Shown here piece after piece: positions 1-10,992 of a stretch of 64,000 nt of DNA; the stretch's first letter is position 1, and every line of letters starts with the position of its first letter. Made by a program: the position numbers and the translations under genes. This stretch comes from an uncultured Chloroflexia bacterium (GTDB lineage: Bacteria; Chloroflexota; Chloroflexia; Thermomicrobiales; UBA6265): the NCBI GenBank assembly GCA_963750275.1, contig CAVVQC010000007.1:104346-168345 (forward strand), read 5' to 3'. A model generated the notes under the pieces. That model searched no databases and was not told the origin of the DNA. It was given only the letters and a program-made list of their open reading frames with translations.

Positions 1-321
1 CGCTGTCTGGAAGTCCGAGATCGTGCTGTAGACCTCGATCTGGACGGGCTGCGCCGCCTGGGGCACATCCAGGAAAAGCAGCAGTTCTTCCAGTGCCGTA
101 GTCAGCTCATCTTCATAGGCCACCGCAAAGTCCTCAGCGGTGATCCCGGCTCCATCCTGAACCCAGACGACGAGGTCATCCGCAAGAGCTGACGACCCCC
201 AACCATCGCGCTGAGGCGACTCCTGGGCGGTCGCGCGGCCGAACGGAACCATCGTTATCAGCAGGAGCAGAACGAAAGCGATACGGACCGGTCGGGCTGC
301 AAAGCAGAAGAGAGGTGACAT
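1..321 (-). CDS. Secreted protein, N-terminal part (runs off window edge)
   Basis: Manual translation from ATG 321: MSPLFCFAARPVRIAFVLLLLITMVPFGRATAQESP..., Sec-type signal ending ATA-Q; open to position 1. Confidence 0.6.
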   Translation of the reverse strand, partial: MSPLFCFAARPVRIAFVLLLLITMVPFGRATAQESPQRDGWGSSALADDLVVWVQDGAGITAEDFAVAYEDELTTALEELLLFLDVPQAAQPVQIEVYSTISDFQTA

Positions 322-532
322 GCGCGAATCCGGGACGAAACTGGTGGAGTGCTCGATCGCTGTCCAGGTGGTGTTAGTAAGGAGAACGTGCGAAGTGGGG
401 TAGGTGTGACGAATTCCGGAGAACCCATAGGGGTCGGCGTACGCGTGGCGATCGATACCGTTCAGTCTATCTGAGTGCAGAGTGGGTGACTAGTGACCCA
501 GATCGATGCCACACGGCCAAGAGGGCTCTCGG

Positions 533-2947
533 CTAGATCAACCCCAGCCGGAAGCCAGCGGTCACCGCTGCGGCTCGGCTGTCGACGTCCAGCTTGGAAA
601 AGATGTTCGCCACGTGGGTGGTGGCGGTGCGCGGGCTGATGAAAAGGCGTTCGCCGATCTCGCGGCTGGAGAGCCCGTCTGCCATCAGGCGGAGAACTTC
701 CAGCTCGCGGGGCGAGAGAACGCTCTTCGACACCGGGAAGCGGCTCGCAGCCGGCCTTTGCGCCGGTGTCGCCGCATGTGGCGGCGCGGAAGGCCGGCCC
801 GAGCGCGCGAGTTGCTGCAGCTCCAGCGCCCAGGTCATCAATTGGTCCATCGTCGCCACCTGACCGTCGGCCCAGGCGGCAGCATAGGCAGGATCCTGCA
901 AACGTTCCTGGAGCTTTTCACCGTCGAGCAGGGAAGGGTCAATATATTCCTGCAAACTCAGTCCAATCGATTGGCGAATCTTTTCGGCAGAAGCATGAAA
1001 GCGGGTTGCCGCAAGGTTGTCACCTAAAACGGCGGCCAGTCCCGCCAGCGACAGGCGAGTCTCGGCTTCACCCCACGGATCGCCCTGGCGATGCGATGGC
1101 TCCAGACAATTGACCAAATCGGTCACTGCTTGCGCATAGTCGCCCCGGTTGCGGGCAGCAATGGCAAGATTGATAAGTGCAGTCACCACCCCCCATTCGT
1201 TGCCACGCGCCTGCCAAAGCTCGAGCGCCGAGCGAAATTGCGCTTCACTCTCTTCTTGCTGACCGACTGCGGCCAATTCGATACCGAGCCGGTTGTACGC
1301 GAACGGAACGCGCGATTCGGCTCCGGATTGAATCATCTGCTGCAAGGCCGAACGAGCGGCCGTCACGGCCGCCGCGTGGTCACCCTTACTCCCCAATACA
1401 AAGCTCTCGAGGAACTCGACTTGCCCTTCGCGGCCGGTTTCTTCGGATTCGGCGACGACCTGCCGACATTGCTCCAGATAGGGTAGGGCAGCGACCGGAT
1501 CCCCTTGCATACCCGCCAGGAAACCGCCCCCGAACAGCACCTGCAAACGGTCATCACTTGGTTCATACGGTGCGGCTTCGAGCGAACGGCAAATCCAGCT
1601 GCGCCCCTCGCTGAGATAACCACGCGTCTGCCAGTACCACCAAAGCTTGCTCGCTAACCGCAAGGCCAACTTTGGGTCGTTATCGATTGCCCATTCCATA
1701 GCGACGCGCAGATTATCGTTTTCCTGCCCCAGGCGCTGGACCCAGTGATACCCGTCTGGCCCCCAGATGAGCGGATCGGCTATCTCGGCCAACCGCAACA
1801 GGGCCAGCAAATGCCGGCGGCGATAGAGCTCACCTTCGCCCGCGATTTCGAGCTGCTCGAGCCCGAATTCGCGCAGTGTTTCGAGAATAATGAAGCGCGC
1901 CTCCGATTCTGATGATCGGTCAGCCAGCACCATGCTGCTATCGACCAACGTGGCGATCGCATCGAAGAGCTCGAGTGGATCGCCCCCGCCTCTGGGAGCA
2001 GACGGTTCGCCATCGGCGGAATAGCCTTCGATTGCAGAGGCTTCGTCGAGATTGAATCCTCCCGAAAAAACACTCATATGGCGGAAGACCGCCTGGTGCT
2101 CGGGACAGAGGAGATCGTATGACCAGGCGATCGCATCGCGCATGGTTTGCAGCCGAGCGGGAACATCGCGCGGACCACCAGTGAGTAATTGCAGGCGGTT
2201 CGACAGCCGGGAGAGCAACGCCTGCGGCGAGAGAATCTTCGTGCGCGCGGCTGCCAGCTCGATGGCCAGCGGCAACCCATCGAGACGGCGGCAGACTTCG
2301 ACCACTGCCTTGGCATTCTCGGCGTTCAGTTGGAAGGTATTGCGCACCGCGCGGGCTCGATCGACGAAGAGCGCCACTGCGGAATTCTGTAAGAGCTTGT
2401 CGGGCGTACGATCGCCATCCACCGCGGGCAATGGCAAAGGAGCGAGCAGGTACTCATGCTCGGCAGTGATGCGCAGGGGAACTCGGCTGGTCGCCAAAAC
2501 CACGGGACCCGTCACTCGGGTCAACAGCTCGGTGATGGCCCGCGACGCACCAACCACGTGCTCGAATCCATCCAGCACCAGGAGCATGCGGGTGCCATCG
2601 AGCCGTTCCTGCAACCGATCGAATACGGGTGAATCCCGTTCTTCGCGCAGTTCGAGCGACTTGGCGAGTAGATTGAGCACTAACTCAGGATCGCGCACCG
2701 AAGAAAGGGAGACGAAAACAACCCCATCCGGAAAGAGATTGCGTGAGTCCACATATAACTGCGCCGCCAGGCGAGATTTGCCCACGCCGCTCGGGCCGGT
2801 GATCGTGACCAGGCGCACCGAGGGGTCGCCAAGCATGGCCGACAACGAAGCTAAATCGTCCTGGCGTCCAAAGAACGAGGAGCGCAGGTAGACCGGTTCA
2901 CCCCAGTCCACCTCGGCTTCCCATCCCACCGACTCATGAGATGACAT
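533..2947 (-). CDS. STAND-type ATPase/TPR/LuxR-HTH transcriptional regulator
   Basis: FFGR motif, Walker A GPSGVGKS, LLVLDGFEHV, GLPLAIEL, TPR-like region, C-terminal LSPRELEVL...HVANIFSKL LuxR HTH. Confidence 0.92.
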   Translation of the reverse strand: MSSHESVGWEAEVDWGEPVYLRSSFFGRQDDLASLSAMLGDPSVRLVTITGPSGVGKSRLAAQLYVDSRNLFPDGVVFVSLSSVRDPELVLNLLAKSLELREERDSPVFDRLQERLDGTRMLLVLDGFEHVVGASRAITELLTRVTGPVVLATSRVPLRITAEHEYLLAPLPLPAVDGDRTPDKLLQNSAVALFVDRARAVRNTFQLNAENAKAVVEVCRRLDGLPLAIELAAARTKILSPQALLSRLSNRLQLLTGGPRDVPARLQTMRDAIAWSYDLLCPEHQAVFRHMSVFSGGFNLDEASAIEGYSADGEPSAPRGGGDPLELFDAIATLVDSSMVLADRSSESEARFIILETLREFGLEQLEIAGEGELYRRRHLLALLRLAEIADPLIWGPDGYHWVQRLGQENDNLRVAMEWAIDNDPKLALRLASKLWWYWQTRGYLSEGRSWICRSLEAAPYEPSDDRLQVLFGGGFLAGMQGDPVAALPYLEQCRQVVAESEETGREGQVEFLESFVLGSKGDHAAAVTAARSALQQMIQSGAESRVPFAYNRLGIELAAVGQQEESEAQFRSALELWQARGNEWGVVTALINLAIAARNRGDYAQAVTDLVNCLEPSHRQGDPWGEAETRLSLAGLAAVLGDNLAATRFHASAEKIRQSIGLSLQEYIDPSLLDGEKLQERLQDPAYAAAWADGQVATMDQLMTWALELQQLARSGRPSAPPHAATPAQRPAASRFPVSKSVLSPRELEVLRLMADGLSSREIGERLFISPRTATTHVANIFSKLDVDSRAAAVTAGFRLGLI

Positions 2948-2959
2948 AACTGGATTGTA
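2948..2959 (-). promoter_or_regulatory. -10 box TACAAT 6 nt before ATG (probable leaderless promoter)
   Basis: Minus strand TACAAT-ccagtt-ATG, no Shine-Dalgarno. Confidence 0.5.
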
Positions 2960-3121
2960 CTTTCAAGGTTTGGACCAGTCCAGCGGGAAGTATCTCATGG
3001 GTGAGACACGGGCGGGGAGGACATCGAACGCGGCATTCAGCGCACATCCACTTCTCAGAATCGTCTCTGTGCGCTCCGGACTCTGGGTCTTGGCCAAATA
3101 CCGCGGCCTCTTATCTCGTCA

Positions 3122-4871
3122 CTACATGACCCGGCGATCGGTCAACGTTTCGAACTCGTGGCCGCGCCAGACCGGGATGCCGCAGAACCGCTCGCCCTCA
3201 GGGCAGGTGGGCATCGATCCGGCGCGGGAGCGCATCACGCATGGGGGACCATCGACATAACGCGCCACAATTGGGAAATGTTCGCGCATCTGGGCCACTT
3301 CTTCCACGGCGGTGGAGAAGATCTCTCGCTGCGCATCGAAGCAAAGCCGTTTGACCCACTTCCAGTAGTAATTCAACAGGGTCCCGGTTTCGTAGAAGCG
3401 GACGCGGTGGCTATTCGGGAGGAGATAGAGACTCCATTGCGGATCGACCCCCGCATCGAGCAACGCGTTCTTGGCGTTCCAAAGGGCGGTGACGGTTTCG
3501 TCGTATTCCCGTTTGGCCTCCGGGTTGCGTTCGATGGCCCATGGGGTCATCACATCCGGGTTACGTCGCTGGTGAGCCAGCAGCAACGGACTGGACGAGA
3601 GGGTTCCTCGATGGCGCTGGTTCTGCGCATCCTCTGCGCCACTGATGCGCTTCTGGAACGTGAAGGGAATATGGTTCATCGTCTGCATCAGCTTCGAGCT
3701 CATGCCCAGGAAGAGGGGATGCCCCAGGTAGGGGTTCAGTCGCGGGTCGAGCACCTGCGCGATCGCGTCCTCGTCGCTCAGTCTCGGTTGACGCCCGGGC
3801 CAGCACCGTGCGGATAGCGCTCGCCATAGTCGCCTCGGCATTCGGATCGAACCCTGCTAACCGGCTGTGCTGACGGCTGCCGAGCGCCGCATCGTATTCG
3901 AGGAAGAACGCTTCATTGGGAACCTCGGCCAGCGATTCGTGCCAGGAGTCGAATGCCTTGGCCTCGATCGAATCGCCTAAGGCAAGCTGGCGAAGATCGA
4001 GCGGCGCATCGGGCGCCCCGAGGAAGAACGGATCGACTGCTAGTACCTCATCGATCATCCGATCAACGATGTAGCGCACCTCGGCCGGAGCGTCAGGCTG
4101 GTTGGCGAGCACGTGATAGCGCAGCAGCGTCAAACCGTTGACCGTGTGATAGAGATGACTCGGGGTGGCAAGCGGCAGCACATAGCGCGCCACTTCCTGC
4201 GCACGTTTCTGCACGGCGCCATCGAACCGCGCGACCGCCGCAGGAGTCGTTCCCTTGGAACGTGCCGGGAAGACGCCAGCATAGTCATGCGCGAAATCGG
4301 GGGTCAGGATTTCGACTAATCGCCGATATCCCTGCAACGCCCGCTCGATCGCCTCGGCATAAATCTGCTGTTCGCGCGCCGGAAGATCGGGGATCAGCAC
4401 AGTTTCGCCGGTGACTTCGCGATAACGCTGCGACACCTGCTCAGAGTTATAAAACGGATGCGAGTGGAAAAAAGACCAGATCGCCAGGCGCGAGACATTG
4501 TCCAGCACGAAGGTGAAACTGGCGTGTTGCAACGTGGTGTGGTGCCCGGCGGCGAAGAGATCGCTATAGAGTCGTAATGCCCGCGATTGCCGGCCTTCTC
4601 GATCGGCGGCTTTCTCATCCGAGAGGCCCTCGGGTGCCGGTCCGATCAATTTCCGAACGTTATCTACCTTGGCCGGTTTTCCACCATAGCACGACCAGGC
4701 TGCGGCAATCGCCACTGAGAACGGATGCGCGGTTGATTCATCACGTAACAGGGTCACCTTCGGGGCCGCGCCGACGAACGGCGAAACCGGATTCAGAAGG
4801 TTTGCCGATGGAATCTCGACCTCAGCACGAATAGGAACGGGTTCCTGCGGTAGGCGATCTTGTAGGCTCAT
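3122..4871 (-). CDS. thyX: Tandem-domain FAD-dependent thymidylate synthase (ThyX-like), split by a single frameshift near 3782
   Basis: GHHTTLQHASFTF, SEQVSQRY, EVARYVLP in ORF 3561-4871; QNQRHR, YLLPN, KRLCFDAQREI in ORF 3122-3841; frames join at ...ASTE/LSDEDAI. Confidence 0.8.
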
Positions 4872-5163
4872 GAAGGATCCTTCGAGTGTACGTACACTAC
4901 GCTCCCTGAGTGTAGCAGGTCGTCGAGGAACTGGAATTCCCAGCCGCGACTACAACTGTAGAGCAGCGCCAAAAGAGCGGCACCACACTCCTTTCGTGAT
5001 AACAAGGTCATACAAAACGAGTTCAACAACGTGCCCCTTCCATGCTCAACCAAATTCGAGGCAAAGGGATTGTTCAAAAACATAGCCCCATGCCGCTTAT
5101 GGCATGTCAGGACGAGAGCGGTGGAATCGTGCTGCCACCGAGATCGCGTAGTAAGCTCCACCG

Positions 5164-6429
5164 ATGCGAGCAGTTACTGACCCCAGCCAGTCGCTTCACA
5201 ACGACGGGCATCTCCCACCTCTGGAAACACAGCCGGGACGCTTCAGCCGTCGCGGAGTCCTCCTTGCAGGTTTGATAGCCGTCCAATCAGCACTGGTCGC
5301 GGCAACTACCCGAACGGAGCGGGCGCGCAACTTCTACCGGGAATTCAATCAATTTCCTCCACTCGCCGATCAAGAATTCTATGAGCTGGTAGCCGCATAT
5401 ACGGAAACCCCAATTTCACTCGTCGAGGGAGAACCCGATGCGGACGGGCGCCGTACTTACCATTTCTCACTGAAACGGGAAACGCCCGTCTATCTGACTG
5501 CGACAGCCGCCAGCGCCGAACCAATGTTTGTTCACCCGCTTATCGTCCGGACGGACGATGGGCCACGTCAGTTGTTACCGTTGATTCAATCCTCGATTCC
5601 GGAAAAGGAAATTCCGTCCACTATTCAATTAGGAATCCTCGATGCCGGCGACCACGTGTTCACGTTGGAGCAGGACGCTGCCGTGACGGTCCCCATCCCG
5701 GGTTCGCTTTCGTTGCGCGCGGCGCGTCCGGAGCCTGATGTGCCCCTTGCCAGATTCCTGGCTCATACCCCAGTGATCGAGATCAAGAATCCGGCGAATG
5801 TCCTGGACGACATTCCGCTGATGGCCTTCGCCAAGCTCTACCGGCGGGAGGATCTCTACAAAGTCACGACCTTCTTCATATTCTCATCGGAGAACGGGGG
5901 CACCATGCCCGTGCGTCTGTTAGCCACCTACCAGCGCACGGTCGATATCGAATGGGCCACCCAGCAAATCTATTCTCTTAGTGGAGAAACCGTTTCGGGG
6001 CTGCTCAGCTTTCAAACGGTGAGCCATGGGTTCGCGCAGTTCCAGGGCCGCCGCGTGCTCGGCGAACACCCAGTTCTCTCGATCGCGTCGGAGAACAACA
6101 ATTTTTCTGACGGGCAGGTCCGCGTGCTGGGGTGGGCGATTCCGCGACTCACGTCGGGGGATAGCGCTGACCCGATCCTCTACGCTCCTAAACCCCGATT
6201 TATCCCCGGGACCGATTGGGGCGCGTCGTTGCTTCGCGAGTATCCAGAGATGCAACGATGGAGCTTGTTCGAGCTCACGATGGAAGGTTGTGTCAGGGAT
6301 AACGGGCGAGTCGACCCAGGCGAAGAGCAATTCTTCGCGGATCTCGCGGTCATCCGGAAACGTCTGACTGTGACGTATCCGAATCGTGGCTGCCGTAAGC
6401 AACTCAGTGTGGGAGGCGACGATGACTGA
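5164..6429 (+). CDS. Tat-signal exported hypothetical protein
   Basis: 421-aa ORF, SRRGVLL followed by hydrophobic stretch; TAAGCT 6 nt before ATG. Confidence 0.7.
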   Translation: MRAVTDPSQSLHNDGHLPPLETQPGRFSRRGVLLAGLIAVQSALVAATTRTERARNFYREFNQFPPLADQEFYELVAAYTETPISLVEGEPDADGRRTYHFSLKRETPVYLTATAASAEPMFVHPLIVRTDDGPRQLLPLIQSSIPEKEIPSTIQLGILDAGDHVFTLEQDAAVTVPIPGSLSLRAARPEPDVPLARFLAHTPVIEIKNPANVLDDIPLMAFAKLYRREDLYKVTTFFIFSSENGGTMPVRLLATYQRTVDIEWATQQIYSLSGETVSGLLSFQTVSHGFAQFQGRRVLGEHPVLSIASENNNFSDGQVRVLGWAIPRLTSGDSADPILYAPKPRFIPGTDWGASLLREYPEMQRWSLFELTMEGCVRDNGRVDPGEEQFFADLAVIRKRLTVTYPNRGCRKQLSVGGDDD

Positions 6430-6571
6430 CGTCGCCCTGATCGAGGAATAAATCGCTCGTCAAGCGCTTACGGCGGGACATTTCTGCACGCGCTTGTCGC
6501 TGGCGTGCTTAAGCCGGAGCAAAATTCTTGTCTCGTTTGGCGGAGCGCTCCGCCAAACGAGCAAGCCATCG

Positions 6572-8227
6572 TTATGCCGGGTATGCCGTACCATCCGCCA
6601 GCGCGGCTTCGCCGCGCTCGACTGCCGCCACCCCAGAAATGACCTGCGTCGCTTCGGCCCGTTTCGGATTGCGGATCAAAAGCGCAAGCAATGCAGCGAT
6701 TCCGCACGAGATTGCACCCACCAGGAAGGTATTGTGCAATGCCATTACAAACGATTCCTTTATTACTTCGGTTACTGGGCCGATCTGATCGACCGGGATA
6801 ATTTCAAAAATCAGCTGGAATTGATTCTGGCTGGCAAACTCCTTGATCTGCGCGACGAGGCTGCTATTCAGACCCAATGGTGCGAGAGCAGCTTCCGTGT
6901 GAAAACCCATACGGGTTTGCAGTACCGAGCCAAGGATGGCAATACCAAGCACCTGCCCGATATTCCTGGTGGTGTTGAGCACGCCAGACGCGCTGCCCGC
7001 CACGCGGGGCGGCACGTCGCGCATAGCGGCAGCGGTCATTGGCGAAAAGGTCATGCCCATGCCGATACCGGTCACGATCAACGGTGGGGCAAGTGAGAGC
7101 TGCGTCGTTGTGACAGAGGTTTGCCGGATGATGAGAAGGATGCCGAACGCCATGATGGCCGTGCCGGAGAAGAGTAACCAGCGCGCCCCGATGCGATCCG
7201 AAAGACGCCCGGAGATCGGCGCTCCAACCAGGATCATCAACGACATTGGCGTCATGGTCAGCCCGGCTTTGATCGGCGAAAACCCAAGGACTTCCTGGAG
7301 AAACAGCGTCATCGGGAAGAAGATCCCGAGCATGCCAAACGATACGACCATGGCGATGATGTTCGCGACAGTAAAGTTTCGATTCTGGAAAAGCTCGATC
7401 TTGACGATCGGATCGGCGACCCGGCGTTCCCACCATACGAAGACACCGAGCAGGATGGCACTGAGCAGGAAGAGGCCGAGAATGAGCGTGCTAGTCCAAC
7501 CAAGCCGGTTGCCTTCGATACAGGCGAAGACGAGACAAAAGATGCCAATTCCGGAAAGAAACACGCCCGCCCAGTCGATCTTTCGACCGGCAAGGGGATC
7601 GGTCGATTCCGGCACGATGCGATGGACCAGAAAAAGCGCGACGAGTCCGACGGGCAAATTGATGAGGAAGATCCACGGCCAGTTGAAGTCGGTCACAATG
7701 AGGCCGCCAATGATCGGGCCGAGGATGGCGCCGAGAGCGACCACGCTTCCCCAAATACCCAGCGCGGCGCCCCGCTTCTCGGCGGGGAAGTTGACCGTCA
7801 ACAGCGAAAGCGATTGCGGCATCATGAAGGCGCCGCCAACTCCCTGGAGTACGCGGAAGAAGATCAGCAAGGTAACGCCGGAAATTCCGGTCCGCTCACC
7901 CATCAACTCGGACGCGCCGCACATCACCGATGCGGCGGTGAAGATCGCCATACCGATCATGAAAAACTTCTTGCGCCCATAGATGTCGCCTAACCGCCCA
8001 AACGACAGGAGCAAAACGGCGTACGCCAGGATGTAAGAATCGAGGATCCATTGAATCTGGGTCAGACTGGCCCCGAGGGAATCCTTGATCTTGACCTGCG
8101 CGACATTCACCACCGTGGTGTCGAGCAAAAGCATGAAAACCGCCAGGCAGAGCACGATAAGAATCTGCCAGGAACGCCTTTCGTCGTGGATCGCTCCCCC
8201 AGCGGGAGCAGCGGTTGCTGAGCTCAT
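6572..8227 (-). CDS. DHA2-family (EmrB/QacA) 14-TM MFS efflux transporter
   Basis: LDTTVVNVA, WILDSY, GRLGDIYGRK, WIFLINLPVG motifs. Confidence 0.93.
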   Translation of the reverse strand: MSSATAAPAGGAIHDERRSWQILIVLCLAVFMLLLDTTVVNVAQVKIKDSLGASLTQIQWILDSYILAYAVLLLSFGRLGDIYGRKKFFMIGMAIFTAASVMCGASELMGERTGISGVTLLIFFRVLQGVGGAFMMPQSLSLLTVNFPAEKRGAALGIWGSVVALGAILGPIIGGLIVTDFNWPWIFLINLPVGLVALFLVHRIVPESTDPLAGRKIDWAGVFLSGIGIFCLVFACIEGNRLGWTSTLILGLFLLSAILLGVFVWWERRVADPIVKIELFQNRNFTVANIIAMVVSFGMLGIFFPMTLFLQEVLGFSPIKAGLTMTPMSLMILVGAPISGRLSDRIGARWLLFSGTAIMAFGILLIIRQTSVTTTQLSLAPPLIVTGIGMGMTFSPMTAAAMRDVPPRVAGSASGVLNTTRNIGQVLGIAILGSVLQTRMGFHTEAALAPLGLNSSLVAQIKEFASQNQFQLIFEIIPVDQIGPVTEVIKESFVMALHNTFLVGAISCGIAALLALLIRNPKRAEATQVISGVAAVERGEAALADGTAYPA

Positions 8228-8299
8228 GATCGGATCTTCCCCTTCCGCAAGATCTGAGTGAAACGTGCCTGCGCGTGCACTGTGAGATAGAGGGCCCGG

Positions 8300-8758
8300 T
8301 TAGGTTGAGGCTGGACAGCGAACTGCGCCCGGTTCCAGTGCGGCGGCGAGCGCCCGGATAGAATCCAGGAAACATGCCTGCTGCTCCTCGGGCATGGCAG
8401 ACAACGCGGCGCGAGCCTGGGCACGACGTAAATCGTGGATCCGCCTGCCATAGGCAATCGCTGAGTCGGACAAGGCGATGAGCACTCGACGCCGATCGGC
8501 AGGATCGACGGTCTTCCCCACGAGTCCACGATCGATCAAACGGTCGACCAGCTCAGACGCCGAAGGCAACGAGACGGCCAGTCCCAGAGCCAGCTCACTC
8601 ATGGAACGCTCGCCGTTGTTATAGAGATAAATGAGGGCTTTTACTTGTGGGAGCGTGAGTCCGGTGATCTCCGGATCGTCCATCACGGTCGCATAGAGCC
8701 CGCGCCCAATGGCCGGCATGAGCTCGACCACTTCTTCGACGATTGCGATGTTGTGCAT
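8300..8758 (-). CDS. MarR-family regulator
   Basis: LTLPQ...ELA...VDRLIDRGLV...DPADRR; directly upstream of MFS gene. Confidence 0.9.
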   Translation of the reverse strand: MHNIAIVEEVVELMPAIGRGLYATVMDDPEITGLTLPQVKALIYLYNNGERSMSELALGLAVSLPSASELVDRLIDRGLVGKTVDPADRRRVLIALSDSAIAYGRRIHDLRRAQARAALSAMPEEQQACFLDSIRALAAALEPGAVRCPAST

Positions 8759-8914
8759 AGACCGCCGCTTCCCCTGCCTGGTCACCCAAACGTTCAGTAC
8801 GGAGTCCGAAGCAATAGCCGACTATCGCTGCGGCAGGCCGAAGTATAGCGACGGCTGGAACGATTGCACGCCGAGAATCAGCGATTGGATGGTGACGGTC
8901 TTTGCGCGACTCGC

Positions 8915-9718
8915 TCAGACGGTGAACGTGCTCAAGGAGGGGTTAGTGAGGAATACGACCCGCTCGGGATGCTCGGTACCGAGGAGATAAAGCGGCGTGT
9001 CATCTTCGAACGGCTCCAGATCGGCCGCGGTAACGACCTCGATCCCTTCGTCTACCTCGGGATAGGCGTGATTCCATTCTGCTTCGAACGCGTCTTCTTC
9101 GCCAGGCACTGCCATGATGCGTACGGCGCCTCCCTGACGGGTGGCATAGCCCTGGTAGTGATTATTTGACGCGGTTGCTACCAGATCGGCCACCACCAAC
9201 GGAGTCGTCCCGATATTGACGGTGACGTGTCCGTAGTTGGGCGGAATCACCAACCGGTCACCGGGTCCAGCCACGATCACAATACCCCGGGTCACTCCCG
9301 GGTCGGTTGCGGGATCGCCCTCGGCTCGTTGCAGCACGAACGCCGCGTCCCCTGAAAGCACATCGTAGATCTCTGCCCAGCTGACGCCGTTCCTATCCAG
9401 CGCGTGGTAGTGCCCGGCGGTTTTGATGAACTCGCCCCCAACCGCCCCAGGGAGGGTGACGGTAACGTCGTAGCGCAAGCCATTCGCGGCCAAGCCGGTT
9501 TCTTCCGCCAGGCGCACATCGCGATACGTGAAGTAAGCGGTCTCGTCCGCGATCGCATCGGCTGCTTCCGGAACCGCCACGACGGAGCGAAGATCGCTAA
9601 AGCGCCGTTGGCCAGGACCTTCCCAGAAAACGGTGCTGGCCAGGTCGATAAGCTGCCCGGTCTCCTGGTCGATGGCGATGGGGAGTCCGCTGATGTTGGA
9701 AAGGTCGAGCGTTTTCAT
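8915..9718 (-). CDS. Cupin-type (archaeal-like) glucose-6-phosphate isomerase
   Basis: LRYDVT, GEFIKTAGHYH, EIYDVLSG, IPPNYGHVTVN cupin PGI metal motifs. Confidence 0.85.
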   Translation of the reverse strand: MKTLDLSNISGLPIAIDQETGQLIDLASTVFWEGPGQRRFSDLRSVVAVPEAADAIADETAYFTYRDVRLAEETGLAANGLRYDVTVTLPGAVGGEFIKTAGHYHALDRNGVSWAEIYDVLSGDAAFVLQRAEGDPATDPGVTRGIVIVAGPGDRLVIPPNYGHVTVNIGTTPLVVADLVATASNNHYQGYATRQGGAVRIMAVPGEEDAFEAEWNHAYPEVDEGIEVVTAADLEPFEDDTPLYLLGTEHPERVVFLTNPSLSTFTV

Positions 9719-10278
9719 TCGAGATTGGTATGCCGTTTCGCGAGCGTTGCAAAACCGGTCGCGGCATCGCCAGCGGCCAGCAACGAGACCATGGTTTCGA
9801 AAAGGAGAAGCGTGGTTTGCTCGAAGAGACTACCACCGTACTGGCGCGAGCTCGAACCCTGCAATTTGTGCTGGGTCGGTAGGAAGACGACCAGGTCGGC
9901 CAGCCCGGCCAGCCGACTTTCGGCATTGGCGGTCACCGCAGCCAGCCGAGCGCCCGCTGCCCTGGCGCCGTCCGCCATCATGACGACCGTGCCCGTCTCT
10001 CCGGATCCAGAGATCGCTATTAGCAGATCGCCATCCGCAATCGCGGGTGTGGTGGTTTCCCCAACGACGAAAGCTCCATGCCCAAGATGCATCAACCGCA
10101 TGGCAAACATGCGTCCAACCAGCCCCGAGCGTCCTTCACCGAGCAAAAAAATGCGATTGGCTCTGGAAATCGCTCCCAGAAGCTCACCGATCGCGACATC
10201 ATCGACCAGCGCAATCGCTTCGACCTGCTCAGCCAGAATCTCGGCCGCCTCATCGTGAAAGGAGAGGGGTTCAATCAT
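9715..10278 (-). CDS. hxlB: 6-phospho-3-hexuloisomerase (SIS domain)
   Basis: GEGRSG, FAMRLMHLG, VVGETTTP, ISGSGET, GSLFEQ, C-terminal HTNLE. Confidence 0.93.
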   Translation of the reverse strand: MIEPLSFHDEAAEILAEQVEAIALVDDVAIGELLGAISRANRIFLLGEGRSGLVGRMFAMRLMHLGHGAFVVGETTTPAIADGDLLIAISGSGETGTVVMMADGARAAGARLAAVTANAESRLAGLADLVVFLPTQHKLQGSSSRQYGGSLFEQTTLLLFETMVSLLAAGDAATGFATLAKRHTNLE

Positions 10279-10909
10279 CGATCACGCCCCGAACCATGGA
10301 TGCCGCAGCCACCGGATCGTCCGCTCCCGTGATGGCCGAACCAACCACTACGATCGCCGGGCGATAGCCCAGCACACCCAGCAGTGAGTTCGCATTCAGA
10401 CCGCCCGCGATCACCAGCTTCATTTGCGAGTTTGCCGTCACGAGCCCAATCTCGCTCATCAGATCTGTCCCCCCGGCCAGTCGAGCGTCGGTTCCCGCGT
10501 GAACGCCAAGATAGTCGACACCCAACCGCTCGAGCTGCGCAATCCGTTGCGGCACATCGTGCACTCCCAGCAGATCGGCGGCAACTTCGAGTCCCCCGGC
10601 GTGGGCCACCTCGACCACGCCAGCGACCGTCGCATCTGCGGCGGACGCCAGCACAGTGACGAATGCCGCACCCGCCTCAACTGCCAGTTGCGCTTCGAAG
10701 GGTCCGCCGTCGGCGATCTTCATGTCGGCCACCACCGGCAATCCGGACGCTTTTCGCAGTTCGGGAATCACTCCGATGCCATAGCGCTTGATGAACGGGG
10801 TACCCGCCTCGATCAGATCGACGACCCCGCGCAGCGATGCGGCCAAGGCGATCGCCTCATCGAGCGTTAGCGTGTCAATGGCTACCTGCAATCGGGGTCG
10901 TTCTGGCAT
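10271..10909 (-). CDS. hxlA: 3-hexulose-6-phosphate synthase
   Basis: LQVAID, IEAGTP, ADMKIADG, HAGTD, AGGL; overlaps the hxlB start. Confidence 0.88.
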   Translation of the reverse strand: MPERPRLQVAIDTLTLDEAIALAASLRGVVDLIEAGTPFIKRYGIGVIPELRKASGLPVVADMKIADGGPFEAQLAVEAGAAFVTVLASAADATVAGVVEVAHAGGLEVAADLLGVHDVPQRIAQLERLGVDYLGVHAGTDARLAGGTDLMSEIGLVTANSQMKLVIAGGLNANSLLGVLGYRPAIVVVGSAITGADDPVAAASMVRGVIDD

Positions 10910-10992
10910 GGTTCGAGTTTGTCCTTGCTGGGGCACGACGCCCGAGTTACAACTCGCGGCATCGCAGATGAAACCTCTTCGCAGTTGGCGAG

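Noticed and set aside
533-2947. NLR-like anti-phage STAND protein
   Set aside because: C-terminal LuxR HTH and no effector domain indicate an ordinary regulator
4945-4965. NrdR box upstream of thyX (CTACAACTGTAG)
   Set aside because: Palindrome core is 12 bp rather than the 10-bp NrdR core, and is single copy
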